The position numbers and the translations under genes are program-made. Below, one piece after another: positions 1 to 13,866 of a DNA stretch of 64,000 bases. The first letter of the stretch is position 1. Every line of letters begins with the position of its first letter. The DNA comes from Octopus vulgaris. Taxonomy: Eukaryota. The notes beneath the pieces were generated by a model that saw only the letters and a program-made list of their open reading frames with translations, was not told where the DNA came from and did no database searches. Where the stretch lies: the NCBI GenBank assembly GCA_951406725.2, contig OX597838.1:32612001-32676000 (forward strand), in the 5' to 3' direction.

Positions 1-407
1 GTAATGTTACTTCAGAGTCCTTCGAAGGAATCCTATTTTTGTTACTTGTATTGTGATTGTAGTCTTTCATTTGTAATTAATTAATTGTTTAAACTAATTA
101 GAGCTGTGTTGAAATATTGAAAGCCATAAAAGTTTTTGGAAACCAAAGTTTTTTTTTTCTTCTTATAATTACAGTGGGGGTACCTGTTCAGAAACTCCAA
201 TTTTTTTTTTGACATTTTTGTCTTAGAATATTTTAGAATGATTATATTTTATAAAATCATCGGCTTCTTAGTGTTAATTGTATTTTTGTGGCCTTGTAAG
301 GATGGCACTCAACCTCAATGTGACCATCCAACTTAAAAAGATTTTCCAGTTCTCTTGTAGGTATTCTTAATTGGTATTTAGAACAGTGTTTCTCAACCAT
401 TTTTCTG

Positions 408-910
408 GTGCTGGTGTGTTTACATCCCTGTAACTTAGCAGCTCGGCAAAAGAGACCAATAGAATAAGTACTAGGCTTACAAAAAATAAGTCCCGAGGTC
501 GATCTCTTTGACTAAAAACCCTTCAAGGTGGTGCTCCAGCATGGCCGCAGTCAAATGACTGAAACAAGTAAAAGAATAAAAGAAGTGTCTTCTACTATAG
601 CCTCGGGCCGACCAAAGCCTTGTGAGTGGATTTGGTAGACGGAAACTGCAAGAAGCCCGTCGTATATGTGTATATATATGTATATATATATATGCATGTG
701 TGTGTTTGTGTGTCTGTGTTTGTCCCCCTAGCATTGCTTGACAACCGATGCTGGTGTGTTTATGTTCCTGTTACTTAGCAGTTCGGCAAAAGAGCCTGTT
801 AGAATAAGTACTGGGCTTACAAAAGAATAAGCCTCGGGATCGAGCTGCTCGATTAAAAGCGGTGCTCCAGCATGGCCTCAGTCAAATGACTGAAACAAGT
901 AAAAGAGAGA
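408..910 (+). mobile_element. SINE family A (CORE-like tRNA SINE with internal TA/TG microsatellite), partial tandem
   Basis: Matches consensus ...ggaaactgaaagaagcccgtcg(TA)n(TG)n...gcatggccgcagtcaaatgactgaaacaagtaaaagag. Confidence 0.85.
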
Positions 911-1572
911 AAGAGAGAATATAAATAAAATAGTTTTTACACACCAAATGAGTTATGAGGGACCAATCCCTTCAGTAAAATAGGAATCAAAAGGGCCCAT
1001 GGGTAAAAAATGGTTGGGGACCACCAATTTAGAGTGTCTCTTAATGGATTTAGGTAGTCCTATATAGAAAGGCCTTACTTATTCTAATATCTTTTTACCC
1101 ATTACTTCACTCAATCCAGTCCCCATCCCCACCATACACACACAAATTAATTAACCAATACGTCAATATAATTATCCAATATCAACCAACATATCAACAC
1201 ATTCCTAAACTTTCCTCCTTAGTTTCTCCTCATATCAGCTGTCCCATCTTCACCCAATCAGCTGTCCCATTTTCACCCAAACAGCTTTCTCATTTTTAAA
1301 TGACAAGCTGACCCACTCTCACACAACAGGACGTCCCATTTTCACACAAAAACACAATTTAGTCCTCCCATTAAATCGTTTTAGATAAGATATTCTTCTT
1401 TCTTTTTTTTTTTTTGTCACCATTGTTTTACCATTTCCTTATGATTTCCTATTTTTCTAAACACTTCCAAAATTTTATTTCAGTTACACTGTTTGAAATA
1501 CTTACCAAAAAAACCTGTCGATATTTTATTATTAATCTCTAATTTTTAAACAAAAATCTAAGACTATTTCTC

Positions 1573-2244
1573 CATCGTTTAACGTCCGCTTTCCATACTA
1601 GCATGGGTTGGACGATTTTGACTGAGGGCTGGCGAACCAGATGGCTGCACCAGGCTCCAATTTTGATTTGGCAGAGTTTCTACAGCTGGATGCCCTTCCT
1701 AACACTAACCACTCCGAGAGTGTAGTCTGTGCTTTTTACGTTCCACCGGCATGGGGGCCAGTCAAGCGGTACTGGCAATGACCTTGCTCAAATCCTTTCA
1801 CACATGCCACCAGCACAGGTGCCAGTAAGGTGCGATCACACTCGAATGGTGCCCTTTTATGTGCCACTGGCACAGAAGCCAGTTGGCTGCTCTGGCAACG
1901 ATCATGATCAGATAGTGCTCTTGGCACTTTACTAGCACGGGCACAAGTGCCAGTAAGGCGGAGCTGGTAATGATCACACTCGAATGGTGCCCTTTTATGT
2001 GCCACTGGCACGGAAGCCAGTTGACTGCTCTGGCAACGATCACGCTCGGATGGTGCTTTTGGCACTCTGCTAGCACAGGCACAAGTGCCAGTAAGGCAAA
2101 GCTGGTAATGATCACACTCGAATGGTGCCCTTTTATGTGCCACTAGCACAGAAGCCGGTTAGCCGCTCTGTCAACAATCACGCTCGTATGGTGCTCTTTG
2201 CACCCCGCTAGCACGGATGCCAGTCATCGAATTTGATTTTGATA

Positions 2245-2245
<1 letters not shown>
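1573..2245 (-). mobile_element. SINE family D with internal GC-rich minisatellite (1730-2210, higher-order period about 138 bp)
   Basis: Tail ..CATGGAAAGCGGACGTTAAACGATG-like on the - strand; related copies at 11400-11782 (+), 27409-27915 (-) and 31800-31950 (+). Confidence 0.8.
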
Positions 2246-2930
<685 letters not shown>

Positions 2931-2983
2931 TAATTGCTTTCCTCTTCGTTGTCCTACAAAGGATACAAATTAAAACACTAAAG

Positions 2984-3251
2984 CAGTGATTCTCAACCAT
3001 ATTTTTTTTACTTTTGGACTCATTTGTCTCCCATTTTACTCAGATGGACCCTCCTAGCCATTTGATGCTTAAAAAGAATCCTGTAGAATTTTTGTAATTA
3101 AATATTATTAAGAATTGTATAAAAAATTAAAATATTTTGTCTTGTAGTAGTATAATCAATTTATTGCACAAATTTTAACAAATCTTATAAGGACCCCTAA
3201 AGGTCATATAGAACCCCAAGAGACATATGGACTTCCAGTTGAGAGCCATTG
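2984..3251. mobile_element. hAT-like MITE
   Basis: Termini CAGTGATTCTCAACC / GTTGAGAGCCATTG; related ends at 383 and about 36415-36496. Confidence 0.55.
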
Positions 3252-4178
3252 TACTATAAAGTGTTTCAACTAGTATTGGTCAGCCAGAAGCAAAAATTAT
3301 TGGTTTAGTTGAATTGGAATTTGTTACCAATTCTAGAATTGCCTTCAGCCAGAGTTTTTTTTTTAAAAAAGGTTTTGGCAAAATCTTGGTTACTCAATGA
3401 ATCGGATTACCTCTTGTCGTCATCATCATCATCATCATTGTCATCATAATCATCACTGAGATTGAACCAATGAGATTGTTGGAAAAACCATCCAAATCTC
3501 CTTCATATCATTTCCTGCAGCATTAAAATAAATTTTTTAAAAAATTAAAAGGAATGACACATTGGATAATGTAATCCTAGATACATTATGCCTAGGGCTT
3601 CCTCAATGCTGACCCGAGTTTAAACCACATTATCACCATCATCATCATCATCATCATTGATTATCATCATCATTATCATGAATTTACTTACCATTGATGG
3701 TGACCGGTGGCCAAAGTGAGTTGACCAGTGTTAGAAGTGCAGAAAATATCATACGTTGCAGATGACCCTTAAGGAAACGACAGAAGAGGATTTCAAGGAA
3801 GGTCATTGTCATAACCCTTGTTACCGCCATCATCATCATCATCGTTAGTCAGCAACATACCACCATCATCACTATCATCATCAGCACTGTCATCATGATC
3901 CCCATTATCATCATCAACAGCAGCAGCAGCAACATCGTCGTAATCAGCATCAATACCGTTACCATCATCATCATCATCGTCTTCCTCATCCTCATCACCA
4001 TCAGCAGCACCATTGTCATCAGCACCCTTCTCCTCCTACTCCTCTTCATCATCGTCATTGTCCATCTCCATTATCAATCACGGTTTTATCATCATCACCA
4101 TCATCACCACCATCATCATCATCACCACCATCATCATCATCCCCCCACAAGCTGCACAGATTCTGTTTGACGGACTAA

Positions 4179-4376
<198 letters not shown>

Positions 4377-4769
4377 TAATTCTGTTCACCAATACCACCA
4401 TCTTTTGATATTGTGACTAATTCTGTTTTTTATATATATATGTGTGTGTGTATGTATGTATGTATGCATGTATGTATATATGCATGTATGTATATATGCA
4501 TGTATGTATATATGCATGTATGTATGTATATATGTGTGTATATATGTGTGTATGTATGTGTCTATATGTATGTATATATCTATGTATATATCTATATGTA
4601 TATATACACATACATATGTATGTATATATCTATGTATATATCTATATGTATATATGTGTATATGTATGTATGTATATATCTATGTATATATCTATATGTA
4701 TATATACACATACATATGTATGTATATATCTATGTATATATCTATATGTATATATACACATATGTATAT

Positions 4770-4810
<41 letters not shown>

Positions 4811-4916
4811 TAAATGTATGTATATATATATATATGTGTGTGTGTGTGTTAAATATAATGAGACAACAAAGCCAAGGGTGTGTGTAATATCCAGGACATC
4901 TATAAAGAGAAAGTTA

Positions 4917-4964
4917 GTCTTACAACTGTTTCTGGGGTATTAGGGCTATCCCTTCATCAGAGAC
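4917..4964 (-). ncRNA. Minimal hammerhead ribozyme motif in a Penelope-like pLTR remnant (about 4850-5075) between TA/TG microsatellites
   Basis: - strand reads GTCT-CTGATGA-AGGGATA..TACCCCA-GAAA-CAGTTG-TA-AGAC (stem I GTCT/AGAC, GUA triplet). Confidence 0.7.
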
Positions 4965-5077
4965 AATGTGTGAGAGTTAAATAGAGGGAAATAGCAGAGC
5001 TCAATATAAGGAATTATTTTGGAAAAGGATGGAAATAATAAGTATAAAGGGAAAAAAGACAATAAAAGTAAAAATGA

Positions 5078-5130
<53 letters not shown>

Positions 5131-6464
5131 GAGGCGCAATGGCTCAGTGGTTAGGGCAGCGGACTCGTGATTGTAGGATCGCGGTTTCGATTCCCAGACC
5201 AGGTATTGTGAGTGTTTATTGTGCGAAAACACCTAAAAGCTCCACGTGGCTCCGGCAGTGGGAGGGGGGGGAATTCCTGCTGTACTCTTTCGCCACAACT
5301 TTCTCTCACTCTTTCTTCTGTTGGCCTGCTCGCTTAGCCAGCAGGGTGGCATCATTTGAAGGCTAAAACAATGTGAAGCGCATTGTGACCAGCGATGTGT
5401 AGCAACATCTGATAGCCTGGTCAATCACAGTGATCACAGTGATATATATAATCAATAATATTATGATTATTATTGATAATATTATTATGATTATTATTGA
5501 TAATTTAATTCACTCCCTGATAGTAAACTGCAGTTCCTGCGGATTTGCTCATAGCACACATGAGTGATTGAGGAAGAATGCAAGACCTCCTTCATCTGTT
5601 TGAATTCGGAAGGACTGGGTTTTGGATATATGCTATTGGATGGCGCTTGCTCAAGTACCTATGTTAATTATCAGTGCTCTCTAATTTAAAACTTGAAATA
5701 CTGTACTGAGGAAGAGAATAAGTGAGTAGAAATGTGATTTTACATCTTTTTAACCACAAAACGTGTATACAGTTAATCAAAGCCAGGTGGATTCATTATT
5801 TTTTTTTCTCTTTACTTGCATGAGTTGTAGAGTATTGCTGTCCAGGAGATTATCTTATGGTAGTAGAATAGTATTTTAACTGCTATTTCTAAATTTCAGT
5901 ATGTGGTGAAGCAAATTTTGCTGAACCCGAATTATATATAATTATGCTCATAATTATAGAATTCGTGTGTGTGTGTGTGATGATTTGAGAGGCGGTGATG
6001 AGTGACAATTCTGTAAATCATACTTTCTTATAAGCTTAAAGCTTGGATGAGATCACCATCTATTCACTAAAGAAAATAATCTGTTATTGGGGCATATAAG
6101 CCCTCAAAGGGGAAAATGCTTACGGAAAACCCACTTTTTTTCTGTCAAGAGTTTATATACACCAATATTAGACCATTTTCTTTAATCAATACACTGATCA
6201 CTTATAAGCGCTAAGCTTATAAAATATTAATATATATATATATCACGAGGCTCCGGCAGGGGTTGGTGATCCCTGCTGTACTCTTTCACCACTCATTCTC
6301 CCACTCTTTCTTCTGTTGGCCTGCTCGCTTAGCCAGCGGGGTGGCATCATTCGAAGGCTAAAACAATGCGAACGCATTGTGACCAGCAACGTGTAACAAC
6401 ATCTGATGGTCTGGTTGGTAAAAGAAAAGAAAGAAAAGATATATATATATACACACACACACAC

Positions 6465-6511
<47 letters not shown>

Positions 6512-7257
6512 CATATGTGTATGTGTCTCCAAAGGATACTTCTTGATATCTTCCATCACTTCCATTAATTATATATATGTATATATGTGTGTGTGTATAT
6601 AGATAGATATACACACATATATATATATCCTCATCATCAAGCGTATGCTTCGCTATATTTGCTTCGAGATTCACTATTCCTAAAAAGAATTATCTTAAAA
6701 TATATTTATACCTTTTCTGGCTGTAAATTTTGGATTTAAAATTCAACTTGTATGCCGGAAATTATAATAAACATGAATATATCCAAATAAATCTTCTATA
6801 TTCTAACTGCTTGATAATCATCTCCCCCTGGTTTATGCTACAGTTGTAGTTACCTCCCTTGTTTACTCTCTTTCACTCACACACATACACACTCTCTCTG
6901 TCTAGTACTACTGGAGTTACTTTCTCTTGACAGATTTGTAAAATAATTCTTTGTTTTGAATGGTGGGTCTGGAAGGAGATAAAGCTATAAATATTGGGTG
7001 AAAAAACTCTGAGGATAGAAACAGTCAAAGGCTGTCTGTGGACTTGTACCCACATCTGTAAACATGACAGGGGTTCTACCATTGAACCAAATTAATCCTT
7101 TGAATTGTCCTATTCATTTTAGGATCTTTATTCTTACCAACAAAAATTGTATGTTATTGACGTTAAAAGAATTTTATAATCTTTCGACAGAACATGAAAT
7201 AATTCTTTTTAGGAACAGTAAATCTCAAAGTAAATAGAGCGATAAATGATTTCAGGC

Positions 7258-7640
7258 GGAGGCGCAATGGCCCAGTGGTTAGGGCAGCAGACTCGCGGTC
7301 ATAGGATCGCGGTTTCGATTCCCAGACCGGGCGTTGTGAGTGTTTATTGAGCGAAAACACCTAAAGCTCCACGAGGCTCCGGCAGGGGATGGTGGTGATC
7401 CCTGCTGTACTCTTTCACCACAACTTTCTCTCACTCTTACTTCCTGTTTCTGTTGTACCTGTATTTCAAAGGGCCGGCCTTGTCACTCTCTGTGTCATGC
7501 TAAATATCTCCGAGAACTACGTTAAGGGTACACGTGTCTGTGGAGTGCTCAGCCACTTACACGTTAATTTCACGAGCAGGCTGTTCCGTTGATTCGGATC
7601 AACCAGAACCCTCGTCGTCATAACCGACGGAGTGCTTCCT
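7258..7640 (+). mobile_element. SINE family C (tRNA head GGAGGCGCAATGGCCCAGTGG...GGTTTCGATTCCC)
   Basis: A and B boxes; related copies at about 5130-5445, 43255-43447 (-) and 59328-59680. Confidence 0.85.
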
Positions 7641-8980
7641 CCCTAAATGATTTCAGGTAAATTCAGTACCAAACCAAATATCCAGCAAGCTTGGGACCAG
7701 AATTGGCCCTGATTTCTGGATTCTTAGTGTTCTGGAAACAGCTTAACCCTCTAGGCAATTTAATCAAGCCATATCCAGCCCAAATATTCTACCTGTTTTA
7801 ATCTTCAAACTGACTGGATCCAGCCTCTCATACCTACCCTACAAAGTCATTCTAAAAATAGACAAACAATAGGCGTAGGAGTGGCTGTGTGATAAGTAGC
7901 TTGCTTACCAACCACATGGTTCCGGGTTCAGGGTCGATTAAATAAGTACCAGTTACACACTGGGGTCGATATAATCGACTTAATCCGTATGTCTGTCCTT
8001 GTTTGTCCTCTCTGTGTTTAGCCATTTGTGGGTAGTAAAGAAATAGGTATTTCGTCTGCCGCTACGTTGTGAGTTCAAATTCCCCCAAGGTCGACTTTGC
8101 CTTTCATCCTTTCGGGGGTCAAGTAAATAAGTACCAGTTACGCACTGGGGTCGATGTAATCGACTTAATCCGTATGTCTGTCCTTGTTTGTCCTCTCTGT
8201 GTTTAGCCCCTTGTGGGCAGTAAAGAAATAGGTATTTTATTTAACTCGTGCAGGTACAAATTAGAACTCTTCTACAGCATAGCATGTTTAATCTTTTTTA
8301 ATCTATACAAAAATGCATGTGTATATATATATATATATTGTGCGTTTGTTTATGTATATATGTTTGTGTCTCCTTGTCTGGATGACATTGTGTGATAGTT
8401 GTAAATGAGTGTCACTGTCATACAAGCAGTGTCGTTCGTTTCCAATATTCTGCAAAAACATGACTGGCCATGGGGAAATATTTACCTAGGTTGGAAAACA
8501 GGTGAGGGTTGGTCAGAAGCCGGTCAGCCAGCCAAAGAAAATCTCCCTCAACAAACTGTATTCCAACCCATGCAAGCATGGAAAAGTAGACATGACAGTG
8601 ATAGAAAACACACACACACACTTTCTCACTCTTTCTCTCTCACACACTTTCTCACTCTCTCACTCACACACTCCCTCTTTCTCTCACACATACCCTCTCT
8701 CTCTCTCACACACACTTTCTCACTCTCTCCCTCTCTCACACACCCTCCCTCTATCCCTCTTACACACACACTTTCTCACTCTCTCCCTCTCACACACACA
8801 CTTTCTCACTCTCTCCCTCTCACACACACACACACTCTCACTCTCTCCCTCTTTCTCTCTCACACACCCTCTCTCTCTCACACACACCCTCTCTCTCTCC
8901 CTCTTTCTCTCACACACTTTCTCCCTCTTTCTCTCACACACACACATACGCAAAAATACACTCACTCTCTTTCTCTCTGA

Positions 8981-9301
<321 letters not shown>

Positions 9302-9589
9302 TAACCATTTTCTCAAATTTCTTAAATCACCAAATTGTTGTCCTTGTTTCACATAGGTGCAGGCATGTGGCTGTGTGGTTAGGAGGAAGATTGTTTTCCA
9401 GCCACATGGTTTCAGGTTCAGTCCCACTGCATGTCACCTGAGGCAAGATTTGTTTCTACTATAGCCTTAGGATGACCAAAGCCTTGTAAGTGGATTTGGT
9501 AGACGGAAACTGAAAGAAGCCCGTTGTGTATATATATATATGTGTATATGTGTGGTAAGAAGTTTGCTTTCCAACCACATGGTTTCAGT

Positions 9590-10240
9590 CGAAATGGCAG
9601 CCCTTGAGATGCCTTTTCATCTTAAGAAAGCGGTGGAAGTCAACAGGTGCTAAATCTGGTGAAAAAGGCAGGTGCAGAAGCGATACCATGTTTTTGGCAC
9701 AAAACTCACAAGTGAAGGGAGATCATTGGCAAGGTGCATTGTCGTCATGAAGAATACAATTCTTTGCGCTGCACAGATCCAGTTGTTTCTGCCAAATGTC
9801 CTCCACCAAATTCTTCAAAACATTGTGGTAGAACTCTCAATTGACAGTCTGGTTCTGGGGAACAAATTCTCGGTGCACAATACCACAGATCTTGGGGAAA
9901 AATGTTGAGCATGCTCTTAATTGAGCTGCAGCACTTTTGTGCCTTTTGAAGGACCCGTGACTCTCGAACCATTGCATACGACCCATTACCTTGTTGCAGT
10001 AAGCTTGCTGAAACATGCTCAATCTCTCTGTAGCAGACTTCCCAAGTTTCACACAAACTTCCACATATAGGCGCAGGAGTGGCTGTGTGGTAAGTAGCTT
10101 GCTAACCAACCATATGGTTCCGGGTTCAGTCCCACTGCGTGGCATCTTGGGCAAGTGTCTTCTGCTATAGTCCCGGGCCGACCAATGCCTTGTGAATGGA
10201 TTTGGTAGACGGAAACTGAAAGAAGCCTGTCGTATATATG

Positions 10241-10273
<33 letters not shown>

Positions 10274-10640
10274 TTGTCCCCCTAGCATTGCTTGACAACC
10301 GATGCTGGTGTGTTTACATCCCCGTCACTTAGCAGTTCGGCAAAAGAGACCGATAGAATAAGTACTGGGCTTACAAAGAATAAGTCCCGGGGTCGACTTG
10401 ATCGACTAAAGGCGGTGCTCCAGCATGGCCGCAGTCAAATGACTGAAACAAGTAAAAGATTAAAAGAGTATTGGTTCTTTGTTCCCGTCCATGATAAAAT
10501 CACAGACTACACATGAACACAAAAACACAAATTTCACAACTTACAAAGGTCACTGCTGGCTTTCACTGCACAGGCAACCATGTGCTGCCACCTGTTGGCA
10601 CGCTACAAAACTAGTCCAAGAACTTTTTGGTATCACCTCA
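9590..10640 (-). mobile_element. Degenerate mariner (DD34D-type) relic interrupted by a SINE at 10070-10470
   Basis: - strand fragments GIVHREFVPQNQTVN, ILHDDNAPC and FSPDLAPVDF; mariner-like terminus TATGAGGTGATACCAAAAAGTTC at about 10620-10642. Confidence 0.8.
10070..10470 (+). mobile_element. SINE family A, full length, inserted in mariner relic
   Basis: Head GGCGCAGGAGTGGCTGTGTGG (A-box-like), GGTTCAGTCCC (B-box-like), family tail. Confidence 0.9.
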
Positions 10641-10729
10641 TATATGTAATATTTGTGTATTATATAAGTAATAATTAAATTATGTATTATGCATCTATAT
10701 TTAAGAGATGAGGAATTATGTACAATATT

Positions 10730-10967
10730 CACATTATTCACATTTGATGAATATTTGTCCTCATCTTGTTTGTTAACGCAACGTTTCAGCTGATATACCC
10801 TCCAAGCCTTCTTCAGGTGCCTTGGGGAAATTTTGAACCGGGATTCTCATTCCTAAAGTATTTTTTGAATGTTATTATTATTATTATTATTCAGGTCACT
10901 GCCTGGAATTGAACTCGGAATCTTGGGGTTGATAGCCCGTCCTCTTTACTGCTACGCCATATACTCA
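10730..10967 (-). mobile_element. tRNA-derived SINE with hammerhead-ribozyme tail (left copy of head-to-head pair)
   Basis: Reverse complement of 10968-11205; carries ggcac-CTGAAGA-aggct...agct-GAAA-cgtt on the - strand (about 10775-10821). Confidence 0.8.
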
Positions 10968-11205
10968 TGGGCATGTGGTGTAGTGGATAAGAGTGTGGGC
11001 TATTAACCCCAAGATTCCGAGTTCGATTCCAGGCAGTGACCTAAATGATAATTATAATAATAGCATAAAAATATACCTTAGGAATGAGAACCCAAGTTCA
11101 AAATTTCCCCAAGACACCTGAGGAAGGCTGGAGGGTATATCAGCCGAAACGTTGTGTCAACAACAAACAAGATGACGACAGATATCCGTCAAATGTAAAT
11201 AATGA
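10968..11205 (+). mobile_element. tRNA-derived SINE with hammerhead-ribozyme tail (right copy)
   Basis: A box TGGTGTAGTGG, B box GAGTTCGATTCC, (AAT)n linker, then hammerhead motif at 11113-11158. Confidence 0.8.
11113..11158 (+). ncRNA. Minimal type I hammerhead ribozyme motif (Penelope-like)
   Basis: Stem I GACAC/GTGTC; core CTGAGGA (11118-11124); stem II GGCTG/CAGCC; GAAA (11146-11149); palindromic AACGTT in place of stem III; GUU triplet. Confidence 0.75.
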
Positions 11206-12002
11206 ACTCTACTAGCTAGTATAAACAAGCATGTGCAGAACAGTCTGAGAAGAGTGTCATAGTGTAGAGGTCGTAGGAATTATTGAATAGAGATATCGTG
11301 GAGTGCTTGTTGAAGATACACAGTTGGAGAGTAATAAGAGAAGATCAAGAAATGTTTGATATCATAACAGTTCAGATATAAGAGTGATGATGAGAAGTCA
11401 TATGTTGTAGCTGTGGTACCAGTGCTGGTGGCACATAAGAGAACCATCCGAACGTGGCCGTTGCCAGCCTCGCCTCGCCTCCGTGCCGGTGGCACGTAAA
11501 AAGCACCATCCGATCGTGGCCATTTGCCAGCCTCGCCTGGCCTCCATGCCGGTGGCACGTAAAAAGCACCATCTGACCATGGCCGTTTGCCAGCCTCGTC
11601 TGGCACGTAAAAAGCACCCACTACACTTATGGAGTGGTTGGCGTTAGGAAGGGCATCCAGCCGTAGAAACATTGCCAGATCAGACTGGAGCCTGGTGCAG
11701 CCTTCTGGCTTCCCAGACCCCAGTTGCACTGTCCAACCCATGCCAGCATGGAAAGTGGACACTAAACAATGATGATGATGATCTCCTGATCCATGGAAAA
11801 TTTGTCTTGCATGAAACCACTCTGTGGTGTCAGAAATGGTTGGGCAACATTGCCATACATGTTCCATTATTACTTAAACCATTTTAAGTTATATAACAAG
11901 ACATAGTTTCCATGTATAAAAACCAATTTGTTTTCATTTTGATGTAAGTATTGAGTTTGTCCTTTATTCTCTCCCTTTTTTTAAAAATCTCTCCAATCTT
12001 AG

Positions 12003-12152
12003 TTTATGACAAAGAACCCTTCCAGACGTCTGGGCTGTGTTAAATCTCACGGAGAGGAAAGGGCTATTCTTGTTCATCCATTCTTCCATGACAAAATTGA
12101 CTGGGATGCTTTGGAACAAAGGAAGGTGAAACCTCCATTTAAACCTAAAATT
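12003..12152 (+). CDS. PRKCE: nPKC exon, 150 nt
   Basis: Acceptor tcttAG at 12001-12002. Reads [50 protein letters not shown]; canonical donor GTAAGT at 12153. Confidence 0.96.
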
Positions 12153-12777
12153 GTAAGTAACGTTTCCATTGGATGGATTTCTTTGATTTGTTTTGTTTTG
12201 TTTTGTTGAATCTTTCATACTATATGTATGTGGGTGTGAATGAGTGTATGTGTGTGTGTGAAGGCGGCAAGCTGGCAGAAACGTTAGCATGCCGGGCGAA
12301 GTGCTTAACGGTATTTCGTCTGCCGTTAGATTCTGAGTTCAAATTCCGCCGAGGTCGACTTTGCCTTTCATCTTTTCGGGGTCGATGTAATCGACTTAAT
12401 CTGTTTGTCTGTCCTTGTTTGTCCCTTCTATGTTTAGCCCATTTAGCCCCTTGTGGGTAGTAAAGAAATAAGTATTTTGTCTGCCATTACGTTCTGAGTT
12501 CAAATTCCGCCGAGGTTGACTTTGCCTTTCGGGTCGATTAAATAAGTACCAGTCACACACTGGAGTCGATATAATTGACTTAATCCATATGTCTGTCCTT
12601 GTTTGTCCCCTCTGCGTGTAGCCCCTTGTGGGTAGTAAAGAAATAAGAAATCTCTTGAACTGCTTCTACTGGAAAGACAAGAAACGGTCTCATTCTTGTC
12701 CACTTGTTTTGTTGTTTTTGCTTTTGTTGTTGTTTTCGATATATTTTTAAGTTGTTTTTTTTCTTTTTCGCCTACAG

Positions 12778-12999
12778 AAAAGTCGAACAGATGCCAACAA
12801 CTTTGACAAAGATTTTACGACAGAGGAACCAACCTTAACACCAATCGAGAGTCAAACAGTATCAGCAATTAATCAGGAGGAATTCCACGGATTTTCGTTT
12901 ATCAATGTGGACTATGGCCGGCTGGGGACTGGCGGTCCGACTGGGACGGCTGTGGTGGCAGCTGGCGGAGGAGGGGCAGCGGCAGCAGCACCCCATTAA
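12778..12999 (+). CDS. PRKCE: nPKC terminal coding exon (AGC C-terminal tail) to stop codon
   Basis: Pyrimidine tract plus ctacAG. Reads [73 protein letters not shown], with NFD motif, turn motif LTP and hydrophobic motif FHGFSF; TAA at 12997-12999. Confidence 0.93.
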   Translation, partial: KSRTDANNFDKDFTTEEPTLTPIESQTVSAINQEEFHGFSFINVDYGRLGTGGPTGTAVVAAGGGGAAAAAPH

Positions 13000-13659
13000 C
13001 TGGACACAATTAAGAGTATTAAACCCCACCCCCCCATAAACTCTCGCACACACACATGTATACATACACAGACACACACACACACACACACTCACGTTCA
13101 TACAGATGCATGCACGGAGACTGACAGATGTCTACCCCTTTCCGTAATATCATCACACACACACACACACACACACATGCTCACATGCACAAGCAGACAC
13201 ACACACACACACACACACACGCAAACACATTAGCCTCCTCCAGAAATACATAACACCACCACCACATACTCACAAACACACACGCACTCATGAACTCTCA
13301 CATATGCACGCACACACACACACACACACATACATACACACACCGACACGTACATTCTCAACCATGACAAACATGTGTATACACATGTAGCCCCCCCACC
13401 CTGCCACCCTCTCCCCCCCACACACACACACATACACAAAAGCATAGTATCATACATATATATATATACACATGTACATACATGCACATACGCACACACT
13501 CATATGCACACACACACAAAAGCATAGTATCATACATATATATATATACATGTACATACATGCACACACACAACTTAGTGATTATATATATTGAGTAACA
13601 CTGGATCAACTCAGAAATACTTCAGTTTGCATACAGACTCTCTTTCTCTCTCCGACACA

Positions 13660-13691
<32 letters not shown>

Positions 13692-13766
13692 TTACTCCCT
13701 CAGGCATATAAGCATATGTGTATATATGTGCGTATATATGTATATCTATCTGTCTATCACTGTGTA

Positions 13767-13802
<36 letters not shown>

Positions 13803-13866
13803 GTTTGTCCCCTCTGTGTTTAGCCCCTTGTGGGTAGTAAAGAAATATATGCGATGATGAATCAGT

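Noticed and set aside
5565-5600. Hammerhead-like CAGATGA-AGGAGG..CTTCCT on the - strand
   Set aside because: Core has a mismatch and GAAA is absent; too degenerate to call.
10968-11042. tRNA-like heads (also 5130, 7258, 30178, 38575) as tRNA genes
   Set aside because: Acceptor stems do not pair, there is no oligo-T terminator, and each continues into a repeated SINE body.
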